Positions 51,109 through 61,297 of a stretch of DNA of 64,000 bases are shown piece by piece. Numbering within the stretch: the first letter of the stretch is position 1; each line of letters begins with the position of its first letter. Under the pieces are notes generated by a model. The model was not told where the DNA came from. It saw nothing but the letters and a program-made list of their open reading frames with translations, and did not search any database. The stretch comes from an uncultured Candidatus Saccharibacteria bacterium (GTDB taxonomy: Bacteria; Patescibacteriota; Minisyncoccia; Minisyncoccales; GWA2-38-27), in assembly GCA_964469955.1 (NCBI GenBank), contig CAYXZK010000005.1:47410-111409 (forward strand), written 5' to 3'. The position numbers and the translations under genes were made by a program.

Positions 51109-52236
51109 TCAATAATCTCTATTTATTCCCCTTAGAGCCAAACCCAAAACAGCAGAATAGCCAAGAGACTCTGTAAATGTTATTTCGGGCACCTCTCTTA
51201 AAGGCTCGGGCAAGATATTTACCCAAGGATTGGCTAACTCAACAGGAATTTTTAGGATTATAGAGAGAAAATCGCTTAATCCTTTTAAATCAGATTCTTC
51301 CCCTGAAAGAATAATTTTTTTAATTTTTACATTACCCGCAACAAGGTGTTCATATTTTCTGTGAGTTTCATAATAATCAATATATTTCCTGATTTGTTCG
51401 GTCAAATCGGCTAAAACAGGAACCATTGCGTCAAAAATACTTCTCTCTTCAGTTTCCTCTTCTTCTTTTTTATTAAATTTTAAAAAATCATAAGATAAGC
51501 CATATTTCTTTTTTAGTTTTTCTGCTTGAGTTATATCTACTTTTAAAATTTTGGATATTGCTCCCGTTAAATCTTCCGAAGAAATAGGTATGGTCGTGGT
51601 AAAACGGATAGAATGGCCCGAGAAAACAATGAAATTTGTCTTAGTCTTTCCTAAATCAATTATTAATAAAGGGAAAGGACTTGTTCCATCTTGAACCAAG
51701 GACCTGCTTATGGATTGAACATCAACTTCTAGCGCCCGTAAATTGAGTCCCGCTTTTTCAATACAATCAATATAAGGATCAGCAATTTTTCTAGGAAAAG
51801 CCGCGATTAAAACATTCAGATGATCCAAATGATTTAGAAAAGGATTAATTATTTGAAAATCTAAATAAACTTGTCTTATCGGAAGAGGTATGTAATTTTC
51901 GGCTTCAAACAAAACAGCTGTTTTTAATTCTTCTACTTTCATTTTAGGCATTTGAATAACTTGTAAAAATGCCATTTTTTCCGGCAAGGAACTCACAACG
52001 TTTTTTATTTTTATTTTTTCCCCTTTCGTATTATTTAAAATCTCTTTTATGGCAGCAGTCAAAGCTTGTTTTTTTTTAATGTTCCCTTGTTCAACTATAC
52101 CCGGCTTTAAACTCATTTCCTGAAAAGATTTTAAACCTAAAAACTTACCCTTCTTTTTAAGCTGAACAACTTTTAAGGATAAATCAGAAATTTCCAAACC
52201 AAACGATTCCGGATTTAGATCAAAAAAATTTAGCAT
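51109..52236 (-). CDS. pilM: Type IV pilus assembly protein PilM (actin-like ATPase fold)
   Basis: 375 aa. PilM-like ASKHA fold, placed directly upstream of pilN. Confidence 0.8.
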   Translation of the reverse strand: MLNFFDLNPESFGLEISDLSLKVVQLKKKGKFLGLKSFQEMSLKPGIVEQGNIKKKQALTAAIKEILNNTKGEKIKIKNVVSSLPEKMAFLQVIQMPKMKVEELKTAVLFEAENYIPLPIRQVYLDFQIINPFLNHLDHLNVLIAAFPRKIADPYIDCIEKAGLNLRALEVDVQSISRSLVQDGTSPFPLLIIDLGKTKTNFIVFSGHSIRFTTTIPISSEDLTGAISKILKVDITQAEKLKKKYGLSYDFLKFNKKEEEETEERSIFDAMVPVLADLTEQIRKYIDYYETHRKYEHLVAGNVKIKKIILSGEESDLKGLSDFLSIILKIPVELANPWVNILPEPLREVPEITFTESLGYSAVLGLALRGINRDY

Positions 52237-52262
52237 CGTTTTCTAATTATTATACTAACATT

Positions 52263-53702
52263 TTAATATATTTCTTCCCAGTTTATAATTTCATACTGTC
52301 CAAAAGCAGGGAAATAAGGAGGCGGATCATAGATTAAATCTGGATCATAGCTCATTTCAGTTTCTTTATATCCAGAAGTTACGTCTTCTTGGGAGTTCAC
52401 CCAAGTAAAAGTCCACATTTGGTTAGTGATTATTGAGCCATAGGTTTCAATATAGTTAGTAATAGAACAGCTTTTATAAGGTTCCTGCCAAGACCAATCC
52501 GGATAATAATAACGAAAAACTCGGCCTTTTTGCGCAAGCAAAGAAGCCTTTATTTCTAAATTCTCCAATGAACAAATTTTATGCGTTGAATCGGTTGGAT
52601 ATCCCATCGGAATTATAATATCTTTTTGAGCTATCAGTCCTAAAACTGAATCTGCTCCTATGTAGCTAATATCTCCCCAAATAATTATTTTGGGCTCTTG
52701 CCCGGGCATATCCGGCAATTTTGCCGCAGCCAAAACAACTCTACCGTTAACGTCTCCGTTAACCCATAAATTATCTTCTACAAAAATCGGTTTACAATCA
52801 GAAGGAACAGAAAAATTACCAAGAATAGTCTCGTTTTCTATGCTATTTGACTCAAAAACCCATTCTTCCATATTCCACCCCCAGACTTCTTCTCTTAAGC
52901 TATTGACTTTATATAAATTGAAACTGCCATTGCTTAAAAACTCAATATGATATCCATAAGCACCCGAATCTTCAAAATAACAATCCTCTGTCAAAGAGCA
53001 TTCTCCTTGTTTTGATTCTGTTTTTAGGGTTCCCAAATCTTGCGTAATTTTGTCAAAATCTATAAACGGAACTGGAAATTCCCATAATCCGTCTTCGCCT
53101 CCCTCCCCATCACCCCAAATCCCTTCTTTCTCTTGGGAAGGAGAACAACCGTGTTCTGGTCCGCAAACATAAGTTTCTTGAGCAGAGGTAGAAAGAGAAT
53201 TTTGGTCGCCATCCATTCTTATCCCTCCGTTAGAATGAAAGAGACCTTTCAGTTCTTCGTTCGCCCCAAACCATACATTTGAATTTGTTAGAAAAGAATA
53301 TTTAGCTAAAGATGGTTGGGAATATTTTATTTTAATTTTCCGTTCCAAATCCGGAAAATCCAATGTCCATCCATTGGATTCAATTTTTATACCCGAACTA
53401 CATCCAGTCGGGGGAAGTATATTTAGTTCGTATTCGCCAATCCCGGCATAAGACCTGTTACCGCTGAAACTAAGGTCGTTTTCAGCATGCAAAAAATGCC
53501 ATCTAGAATAATTTATACCTGCTTCCGCCACATAAAGAGCTTCGTTCCACGCGACTTTTTTCAGAGATGTTTTGTGTTGAAAAATAATAAAACCCAATAA
53601 ACCGGTCAACATGATTAAAAAAATAGCTCCAAAAACTAAAACTAAAGCAGTAATTATGCCCAGCTGTTTATTGTTTGTCTTTTGAAAACTATTGTTTGCC
53701 AT
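52263..53702 (-). CDS. PilX-like minor pilin / pilus-associated protein
   Basis: 479 aa with an N-terminal TM helix followed by ALYVAEAGINYSRWH, which resembles the PilX_N domain. Confidence 0.45.
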   Translation of the reverse strand: MANNSFQKTNNKQLGIITALVLVFGAIFLIMLTGLLGFIIFQHKTSLKKVAWNEALYVAEAGINYSRWHFLHAENDLSFSGNRSYAGIGEYELNILPPTGCSSGIKIESNGWTLDFPDLERKIKIKYSQPSLAKYSFLTNSNVWFGANEELKGLFHSNGGIRMDGDQNSLSTSAQETYVCGPEHGCSPSQEKEGIWGDGEGGEDGLWEFPVPFIDFDKITQDLGTLKTESKQGECSLTEDCYFEDSGAYGYHIEFLSNGSFNLYKVNSLREEVWGWNMEEWVFESNSIENETILGNFSVPSDCKPIFVEDNLWVNGDVNGRVVLAAAKLPDMPGQEPKIIIWGDISYIGADSVLGLIAQKDIIIPMGYPTDSTHKICSLENLEIKASLLAQKGRVFRYYYPDWSWQEPYKSCSITNYIETYGSIITNQMWTFTWVNSQEDVTSGYKETEMSYDPDLIYDPPPYFPAFGQYEIINWEEIY

Positions 53703-53735
53703 CTAACGTTGATTGTTTATTATTAATTATCACTT

Positions 53736-54446
53736 CTAAAGATTAGTCTTCAGGTTTCTAATTTGAACACCCGAAATTAATTTATATCCTTCTGGAATTT
53801 TATCAGGATCAAAATTAATTATTAAACAAAGATGCATTAATCTGGTCTTTTTAAGTCGGACCGGGGTAGGAAGAGGGTTATTGATACAACTTTCCGCCGA
53901 TGGATTAAGCTCGCAATAAGTCGTTCCCACCCAATCTTCGTCATAATATTTAAAAACATACTCTTCCGGATCGATAACATTGTTTCTCACATTCTGGGAA
54001 AGAATAATAATTTCTCCGTTATAGGCAGGATCGTCCTTATCCTTAACATATTCAATCGGGCAACAAGCGCTTGGATTAATTATCTCTTTTTTAAAATCGT
54101 TGCCATCAATATAATATCTAACCCTTTCTGTCTCTTGGTCTTTATCTATGTCTGAATAAAAAATAAATTCATCGTTATCAGCTTTTTCAATTATATAAAA
54201 TCCGTCATCTCCGATAACAGCTTCTCTTATTTCTTTTGCCATTGTTTCTATCCCTCTATTCGCTTCTTCTATCGCCCTAGATTGATTCCAAGCGTAGTCC
54301 TGCGTCCGATAAACCATAATAATAAAAGCAAAGATTGTTCCCAACGCCAAAGTAAAAATAATAATAGCAACAAGAGTTTCTATTAACGTAAAACCATTCT
54401 TTTTATGATTTATGCTTTGTGTCCTGTGTTTTATTATATTAGACAT
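53736..54446 (-). CDS. Prepilin-type N-terminal cleavage/methylation domain protein (pseudopilin)
   Basis: KNGFTLIETLVAIIIFTLALG class-III signal motif. 236 aa. Confidence 0.7.
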   Translation of the reverse strand: MSNIIKHRTQSINHKKNGFTLIETLVAIIIFTLALGTIFAFIIMVYRTQDYAWNQSRAIEEANRGIETMAKEIREAVIGDDGFYIIEKADNDEFIFYSDIDKDQETERVRYYIDGNDFKKEIINPSACCPIEYVKDKDDPAYNGEIIILSQNVRNNVIDPEEYVFKYYDEDWVGTTYCELNPSAESCINNPLPTPVRLKKTRLMHLCLIINFDPDKIPEGYKLISGVQIRNLKTNL

Positions 54447-54471
54447 TAGGTTGAAAAATAATTAAAAAAAA

Positions 54472-55902
54472 TTATTCAGGCAGAGGAGTTAAGAAAATAA
54501 GAGCATTAGGATTTGTTACCGGCGTAGTGTCGCCTGAAACAAAAATTGTCCCGTTATATGTTTCGTACCCGTCAATCTTAACTTCAATGCTATAAGTAAT
54601 TTTCTCCAATGGGATAAAAAAAGCCTGTCCTTCTTCGTCAGTAGGGTAAGTTTCGTCATAGCTCAAATCAAAATTAAATAATCTCACGCTAGCCCCAAAA
54701 ATAGGATCTGCGGTATTAATGTCTTGAGTTTTGACAGAGAGAGTGTTTTCGGCTTTCAAAATTAAATTTATTTCCTGAAAGGTATCAGGTAAAATATCAA
54801 ACGGTTGCGCGCTATCAACTCCAGGCGGAGATTGAATCCCAATTAATTGATAACTTGGAGAATCTACGTAAAAATTATAAGAATCCCATTCTAAATCAGT
54901 AAGTTCTATTTCACCTTGCGCGTTAGATGTTTGTGATTGAAGATATTTATAAATAGGATCTCCATTCTCGTCCTTGCCAACAGTTTTTAACCCTTGCATC
55001 TCAAAATTAACATTGCCAATAATAGGATAACCCTGTTCTAATGTACCCAGTGTTTTAATCCTCGCATTACTAAGTTTGTCAATTGAAAAACCAATTTCCG
55101 TAAGGTTGCTTTCGTAAATTAAAGGATGCGATTTAACTGGTTCTGTTATAATCCTGCCTCCATAACTATCGCCTGTTTGATATGTAGTTTCAGAACTATA
55201 AGAGAAGCCAGTCCCAGGATTAGTTATTCTAATTTTATAAGCACTGGGACTAAAAACGAAATTATGCTCTCCAGAAACTGGTTGATAGCTAGTTAAAACT
55301 TCTTCATTTAGGGGATTCAAAATCTCTATTAAGGGAGAAGAAATGGCTTGTCCAAGCGCGTCGAAAACTGAAACTGACAAAACTCCAGCCGCGGACCCAG
55401 TACACTCTTCTAATTCTTGATTAAGACTATTCGGAGAAATATCAGTAATGAGAGTAACTTCTCCTTGGAAAGGCTTGCTCCAAGAAACAACCACTTTTAC
55501 TCTTTTGTAATCCTTAACGCAATCATCTGTTAAGGGCGCGGTCGGACACTCAGCGCTTCGTGGCCCATCAAAGCAATCAGAAACATACCTTATTTCGGTT
55601 GACAGAGTATATTCAATATAATTCTGTAAAATTGTTTCTGTTTGCAAAAGTTCTCCTTCTGGCCCATCTGCTAATTTAGGAATATTGCCTATTTTTTTAT
55701 AAGGTAAATTTTTTATTGTTTCTATCTTCTGGTTCGCGATAGCTATCGCGATTATCCTTGCTTTATTTTGAAAAATTACTTTTACAGCTAATTGGTACGC
55801 GCCTAAAATTCCTAAAAAAACTATTATAATTAAAAAAGTCCCAACCAAGGCGTCAATTAAGGTAAATCCTTTTTTTGTTTTAAAATTTAAACCTATAAAC
55901 AT
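54472..55902 (-). CDS. Large pilin-like protein with prepilin-type N-terminus
   Basis: KKGFTLIDALVGTFLIIIVFLGILG. 476 aa. Confidence 0.7.
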   Translation of the reverse strand: MFIGLNFKTKKGFTLIDALVGTFLIIIVFLGILGAYQLAVKVIFQNKARIIAIAIANQKIETIKNLPYKKIGNIPKLADGPEGELLQTETILQNYIEYTLSTEIRYVSDCFDGPRSAECPTAPLTDDCVKDYKRVKVVVSWSKPFQGEVTLITDISPNSLNQELEECTGSAAGVLSVSVFDALGQAISSPLIEILNPLNEEVLTSYQPVSGEHNFVFSPSAYKIRITNPGTGFSYSSETTYQTGDSYGGRIITEPVKSHPLIYESNLTEIGFSIDKLSNARIKTLGTLEQGYPIIGNVNFEMQGLKTVGKDENGDPIYKYLQSQTSNAQGEIELTDLEWDSYNFYVDSPSYQLIGIQSPPGVDSAQPFDILPDTFQEINLILKAENTLSVKTQDINTADPIFGASVRLFNFDLSYDETYPTDEEGQAFFIPLEKITYSIEVKIDGYETYNGTIFVSGDTTPVTNPNALIFLTPLPE

Positions 55903-55984
55903 TAAAATTTTAAATTATATGGAAATTTTATTTCACGATATGCTCATTAAACAAAAATGAACATTAAAATATTAAACCCTTTTC

Positions 55985-57205
55985 TTACATTGACCCTATC
56001 ATTGAATACATTGTTTGAATTATTGATATTGCAAAAAACCCAACCGCCGCTCCAACGACAAGCATTAAAACAGGCTCAATCAAAGAAGATAAATTTTCCG
56101 AAATACGCGTAACTTCGTCTTCAAAAAATTCTGACAATTTTTGAAGAATAGCTGATGTTTCACCGGTTTCTTCTCCAACGCTAATCATTTGGATAACCAA
56201 ATTTGGATAAATTTTTTTGTATTTTGACATTGCTTCAGAAACCTTAACTCCTTTTTTAACTTGTTCAGCGATTTCTAAAAGCGCCTCTTTATAATAGACA
56301 TTGCTTAATGTTCCGGAAACAATCCTAAGCGCGTTCAAAATAGGTACTCCTGCCACGATTAGAGAACTTAATGTTCTAACCGTATAAGCAGAATTGGTTT
56401 TTTGAACCAAAGAAGAAACAATGGGAATTTTTAGGAAAAGAAAATCTTTTAAACGCCTTCCTAATCTCGTTTTTAAAGCTACTCTTGCTAAAATTATTAT
56501 GAAAAAAACAATTACAGGCAGAAGATACCAGAAATTAGCTAAAAAGGAACCTGTTCGAATAACAATTCTTGTTGTAAAAGGAAGTTCTATGTTCAAAGAA
56601 TCAAACGTTTCGGCCAATTTCGGGACAACTAAAATCAACATAACAATCCCAATTAATATCATAGCGATAACTATCACCGCGGGATACATCATAGCCCCTT
56701 TTACTTTTGATCTAAGTTGATAATTTCTATCCATTTGCATAGCTAAAACTTCTAAAGATTGCTCTAAAGTTCCGCCTTGTTCACCCGCCTTAACCATATT
56801 CTGAAAAAGTTCAGAAAAAACATCAGGATATTTACCAAGGGCTTTGGAAAAATCGCTTCCTTCTATAATTTCGTTCTCTATTTTTAAAAGAACCTTTTTA
56901 AATTTTTTGCTTTTTGCTTGATCTCTTAAAATTCTTAATGAGCGTGGCAAAGAAATTCCCGCTGAAATCATAATTTTAAGATTGCGAGTAAACATCAATT
57001 TTTCAACCAGAGAAACCCTTCCAAAAAAAGAGAACAGATTATCTAATCTGTTTTTGAATGATTTTTTCTTTTCCAAGACAGCTGAAATCAAAACATATCC
57101 GTCTTTTCTAAAAATTGCCGCAAGCCTGCTTTTGTTTTCTGCTTCTAAAAATCCTGACTTCACATTGCCCCTTATATTTTTAACAACATAATGATAATTT
57201 GGCAT
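55985..57205 (-). CDS. pilC: Type IV pilus/T2SS platform protein PilC (GspF family)
   Basis: 406 aa. It contains two T2SSF-like domains and three TM helices. Confidence 0.9.
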   Translation of the reverse strand: MPNYHYVVKNIRGNVKSGFLEAENKSRLAAIFRKDGYVLISAVLEKKKSFKNRLDNLFSFFGRVSLVEKLMFTRNLKIMISAGISLPRSLRILRDQAKSKKFKKVLLKIENEIIEGSDFSKALGKYPDVFSELFQNMVKAGEQGGTLEQSLEVLAMQMDRNYQLRSKVKGAMMYPAVIVIAMILIGIVMLILVVPKLAETFDSLNIELPFTTRIVIRTGSFLANFWYLLPVIVFFIIILARVALKTRLGRRLKDFLFLKIPIVSSLVQKTNSAYTVRTLSSLIVAGVPILNALRIVSGTLSNVYYKEALLEIAEQVKKGVKVSEAMSKYKKIYPNLVIQMISVGEETGETSAILQKLSEFFEDEVTRISENLSSLIEPVLMLVVGAAVGFFAISIIQTMYSMIGSM

Positions 57206-57229
57206 AATAACTCAATGTCAAATAACAAA

Positions 57230-58975
57230 TTATTCCGCAATTACTCTTAAAACTTCTTCGATAGAAGTTATGCCTTGAACCGCTTTAATTAATCCATCTT
57301 CAATCATAGTTTGCATTCCTTCTCTGCGCGCTTGATTTGTAATTTCGCTAGCAGTTGCTCGTTTAACAATTAAACCTTTGATAGTTTCCGTCACCCTTAA
57401 AACTTCTAAGATTCCTATTCTGCCCTTATATCCTTTGGGACATTCCTTAGAAGGTTTAGGTCTAAAAAAAGCTATATCTCTAAAAGTATCTTTCGGTTTT
57501 ATTATTTTTTCTTCTTTCAAAATATCGAGTAATCGGTTTAAGTCACAATATTTAGATATATTTTCTAAATCATTTTTATCTAAAAAATATTTTTCTTTTT
57601 CCGAACACAACCTTCTTACTAATCTCTGCGCTAAAATAACCTGCAAGGTAGAAGAAATTAAAAATGGCTCAGCCCCCATATCAATTAAACGCGGGATAGT
57701 CCCAGAAGCGCTAATTGTATGCAAACTAGATAAAACCAAATGCCCTGTCAAGGCGGCATTAATAGCTAAGTTAGCGGTTTCCTTGTCTCTGATCTCGCCA
57801 ACCATAATTATATCAGGGTCTTGCCTAACCAAAGACCTTAACCCATTAGCAAAAGTTAAACCAATTTTTGAATTAATCTGTGTTTGATTAATTCTTGGCA
57901 TCCTATATTCAACTGGATCTTCAACGGTCGAAATATTTACTTGAGGGGTATTTAAAATTTCCATTATAGAGTAAAGCGTTGTAGTTTTACCCGAACCCGT
58001 CGGCCCAGTAACAAGGATCATGCCAACCGGCTTTTTTAGCGCATCTTGGGTCTTTTCCAAAGCCTCCCCTTTTAAACCAAGTTCTTCTAACGTAAGAGCG
58101 TTTGATGTTTCTGATAAAAGCCTCATAACGATTTTTTCACCATTGAAAATCGGTAAAACTGAAACCCTGATAGAATATTTATATTCTTTGTCCCTAATCT
58201 TGAATCTCCCGTCTTGCGGCAATCTGTGCTCATCTAACTTTAATTTTGAGAGAACTTTAATTCTCGCCACAATCCCGGAGCTAACATTTTTCGGAAGCAC
58301 CATAGCATCGCGTAAAATTCCGTCAATTCTATATCTAACAATTACTTCTCTTTCAGTAGGTTCAATATGAACATCGGAAGCTCTTTGTAAAATCGCGTGT
58401 TTTATTAAAGTATTTACAATTCTAATTATTGGTAGTTTTTTAGCAGCTTTTTTTAGTTCTACTTCTTTTTCAACGCTCTTTTCTTTGACAAGAGACATTT
58501 TCCCCGCCTCTTTGTCTATAATTTCTCCAAATTCAACTTTTAAAGTTTTTTGATACTGCTTTAGAATATTTTTGATACTTTGAACGGTTGTTAGTCTTGC
58601 TAAAATTTTCAAATTAGATTTCTTTTTTATGAATTCAATTGTTCTTAGATCTCTTGGGTCAAGCATAGCCACCTCTAAATTCTCTCCTGTTTTTCTAAAA
58701 GCAACAATATCATGTTTTCTGGCAACTGGCTCTGGAATTATTTTTAAAACATCATAAGGAATAACTTCATTTTCCAAATTCACGAACGGAATGCCTAAAA
58801 TATAAGCTTCTAATTTGATCAATTCTCCTTCAGAAATTAAACCGTTTGAAACCAAAACATCCCCAATTTCTTTTCGGGTTTTTTTTGCTTTTTTTTCGGC
58901 TTGTTCAAATTGAGACTTGCTAACCAAACCAATGTCAAGCAAAAACGCTTTTAACTGTTGTGGCTCTATGTTCAT
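57230..58975 (-). CDS. pilB: Type IV pilus assembly ATPase PilB (GspE family)
   Basis: 581 aa with N-terminal GSPII_E_N-like domains, Walker A GPTGSGKTTTLYS, Asp/His boxes and a tetra-Cys motif. Confidence 0.92.
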   Translation of the reverse strand: MNIEPQQLKAFLLDIGLVSKSQFEQAEKKAKKTRKEIGDVLVSNGLISEGELIKLEAYILGIPFVNLENEVIPYDVLKIIPEPVARKHDIVAFRKTGENLEVAMLDPRDLRTIEFIKKKSNLKILARLTTVQSIKNILKQYQKTLKVEFGEIIDKEAGKMSLVKEKSVEKEVELKKAAKKLPIIRIVNTLIKHAILQRASDVHIEPTEREVIVRYRIDGILRDAMVLPKNVSSGIVARIKVLSKLKLDEHRLPQDGRFKIRDKEYKYSIRVSVLPIFNGEKIVMRLLSETSNALTLEELGLKGEALEKTQDALKKPVGMILVTGPTGSGKTTTLYSIMEILNTPQVNISTVEDPVEYRMPRINQTQINSKIGLTFANGLRSLVRQDPDIIMVGEIRDKETANLAINAALTGHLVLSSLHTISASGTIPRLIDMGAEPFLISSTLQVILAQRLVRRLCSEKEKYFLDKNDLENISKYCDLNRLLDILKEEKIIKPKDTFRDIAFFRPKPSKECPKGYKGRIGILEVLRVTETIKGLIVKRATASEITNQARREGMQTMIEDGLIKAVQGITSIEEVLRVIAE

Positions 58976-59050
58976 AAATTATTTAGAACTATCAATGTTT
59001 TAAATCTATCAATTCCTTTGCCTAAATAGTTTTATGTTTACCTTAAATTA

Positions 59051-59416
59051 TTATTTTAGGATTCCTTTAACTTTTTGCACAATTTCTTCTAACTTATATT
59101 GAGTTTTGATTAAATAAGCGGCCGCTCCTAAAGCAAGAGCTTTTTCTATATCTTCAATTCTTTCTATATTAGTTAAAATTATTACTGGAATTTTTTTTGT
59201 TTCTGGGCTCTCTTTAAGCGCTCTAAGAACCTCAAATCCCTCTTTTTTGGGCAAAATCAAGTCAAGAATGATCAAATCAGGAATTTGGGAGATGGCTATA
59301 TTTAAACCTTTTTCTCCGTCAAAAGCGTTAGCTATTTCATAATTCTGCTCTTTTAAAGCGCTTCCAAGAGCTTTTTGGAGCACAGACTCATCTTCAATAA
59401 GTAATATTTTTTTCAT
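59051..59416 (-). CDS. Response regulator receiver domain protein (CheY-like, stand-alone)
   Basis: 121 aa with the acid pocket DE...D and a conserved K. Confidence 0.8.
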   Translation of the reverse strand: MKKILLIEDESVLQKALGSALKEQNYEIANAFDGEKGLNIAISQIPDLIILDLILPKKEGFEVLRALKESPETKKIPVIILTNIERIEDIEKALALGAAAYLIKTQYKLEEIVQKVKGILK

Positions 59417-59506
59417 ATTTCTTACAACTCATAATCCGTAGAATGTAACTTAAAAATATTTAAAATTTAAAATTTTTAGGTTACAAATTACAAACTATAA
59501 ACTTTA

Positions 59507-60457
59507 TTATTTAATTGGTATTGTAAAATAAAACGTTGTTCCTTCTTTTTCTTTTGAATCAAACCAAATTTTTCCTTTTAATCTTTTTATTATTAGTTTT
59601 GAAATATATAAACCCAATCCACTGCCTTGAGTTTCTTCTTTTAGCAAATTTTCTGACCTAAAAAACTTTTGAAAAATATATTTTTGGTCTTTTTGGGGAA
59701 TCCCGACACCGTTATCTTTTATCTTGAATAAAAAATTATTCTTTTGTTTCTTAAGATAAATATCAATCTTCCCTTTCCCCGAAGTATAACGAATAGAATT
59801 GCCCACTAAACTATCTATAACTAATTTTAAATAGTAACTATCGGTAAATATCTTCGGTAAATTATTTTCACAATGAAGATTCAGTTTAGTTTTTGAGGCA
59901 TCGCTAAAAAATCTAAAGCGTTTAATTGATTCTTCCACCTCTTTTTCTAGAAAAAATTCTTTTTTCTTTAAGGTAAATTTTTTATCCTCCACCCTAGAAA
60001 CAACCAACAAATCATCAATCAATTCCACCATTAAGTTAATGCTTTCTTTGGCATCGTTAAAATACTTTTTTCTTTCTGTTGGGGTTAATTTTGTTTTATT
60101 CGTTGTCAAAAGTTCAATAACCCATTTCAGTCCTGTTAAAGGCGATCTAATATGATGAGAAGCTATATCAATAAATTCTGATCTCATTCTGGCTACTTCT
60201 AACAATCTTTCAAAATTATGAATAATCGTAAAAAAGATAATAAATAAAACTATTGAGATTGTAAGCACTAACAAAGCCACTTTGGCGTGATCAAGCGTAT
60301 AATAATTAGTTCCGATTAAATAAAAAACAATTGAAACGCTAATAATTATTACACCCATTACTAAAAAAAGAAATTGAGGACACTGCCAAAAAGGAATTCC
60401 AAACTTTTGACATTTTGAAAAAATATTTAGATGTTTTAAAAGTTTTTTAAAATCCAT
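59507..60457 (-). CDS. Sensor histidine kinase (2 TM, HisKA plus HATPase_c)
   Basis: H-box SHHIRSPLTGL and N, G1, G2 boxes (KDNGVGIP, GSGLGL). Confidence 0.85.
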   Translation of the reverse strand: MDFKKLLKHLNIFSKCQKFGIPFWQCPQFLFLVMGVIIISVSIVFYLIGTNYYTLDHAKVALLVLTISIVLFIIFFTIIHNFERLLEVARMRSEFIDIASHHIRSPLTGLKWVIELLTTNKTKLTPTERKKYFNDAKESINLMVELIDDLLVVSRVEDKKFTLKKKEFFLEKEVEESIKRFRFFSDASKTKLNLHCENNLPKIFTDSYYLKLVIDSLVGNSIRYTSGKGKIDIYLKKQKNNFLFKIKDNGVGIPQKDQKYIFQKFFRSENLLKEETQGSGLGLYISKLIIKRLKGKIWFDSKEKEGTTFYFTIPIK

Positions 60458-60590
60458 TTGATTGTAATTAAATGCTTAACATTAATGAGCCTAAAAGATT
60501 ATTTAAATTATAACATTTTATTTTCAAATTATGAAATATAGTTATAAATATTGAACAATCCAAGATATAATGATATACATAGAAAATAAA

Positions 60591-60663
60591 CGGGGCATGG
60601 TGTAATGGTTAACATATGCGCTTTGGGAGCGCAGGATTCCCGGTTCGAGTCCGGGTGCCCCGA
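60591..60663 (+). tRNA. tRNA-Pro (anticodon TGG)
   Basis: Acceptor CGGGGCA/TGCCCCG, anticodon loop TTTGGGA, T-arm CCCGG-TTCGAGT-CCGGG. CCA is not encoded. Confidence 0.85.
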
Positions 60664-60678
60664 AAAAATAGATTTAAT

Positions 60679-60752
60679 GCGGGTGTAGTTTAGTGGCAGA
60701 ACCTCAGATTTCCAATCTGATGGCGAGGGTTCGACTCCCTTCACCCGCTCCA
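60679..60752 (+). tRNA. tRNA-Gly (anticodon TCC), CCA encoded
   Basis: Acceptor GCGGGTG/CACCCGC, anticodon loop TTTCCAA, T-arm GAGGG-TTCGACT-CCCTT. Confidence 0.85.
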
Positions 60753-60836
60753 AAATTTTATTGACGTATATTCCCGCTATCTTGTAATTTTTTAAGGTAT
60801 TAAGGTATAATGAAAGATATAAAAAATTAAAAATCT

Positions 60837-61184
60837 ATGGTTAAAAAAATTAAAAAAGCGATTTTCCCAGGATTAACTTTGATAGTCTCATTTTACTATG
60901 TTTCAATTATATTTGTTGTCGGCATAATTCTTGGATATCTTGGAACAGATTTCTTTAAGAAAAAATTTTTAGACACAGGTAAAATAAAATTAATAATTCT
61001 TAGATTAGGCGATTATAGAATTCATGTGCATCATTGGATACTGGGAGGCATGGCAATATCTTTCGTTGCTTATGTAAATCTTGTTTATAGCTTGCCTGTT
61101 GTCGTTTTAGGAGGATTGGGCGGACTAATCGTCCATGACTTTTACACTGACAAAGAATGGTATAGGGTTATATATAAAAAATAA
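60837..61184 (+). CDS. Small 3-TM membrane protein, hypothetical
   Basis: 115 aa. Evidence is the ORF, hydrophobicity, and a terminator immediately downstream. Confidence 0.45.
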   Translation: MVKKIKKAIFPGLTLIVSFYYVSIIFVVGIILGYLGTDFFKKKFLDTGKIKLIILRLGDYRIHVHHWILGGMAISFVAYVNLVYSLPVVVLGGLGGLIVHDFYTDKEWYRVIYKK

Positions 61185-61210
61185 AAAAATTTAATTTTTT
61201 TAATCAACGC

Positions 61211-61240
61211 AAAACCCGCTTTCAAAAAGCGGGTTTTGTT
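61211..61240. terminator. Bidirectional rho-independent terminator
   Basis: AAAACCCGC TTTCAAAAA GCGGGTTTT, flanked by an A-run and a T-run. Confidence 0.6.
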
Positions 61241-61297
61241 AACTCCAAGGTTATCAACATCTTCGGAAACCATTTACAGTTATCAATGATCGGTAAT

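Noticed and set aside
60529-60753. 74-aa - strand ORF
   Set aside because: It lies antisense across tRNA-Pro and tRNA-Gly. The GVEPSP-type peptide is a tRNA translation artefact.
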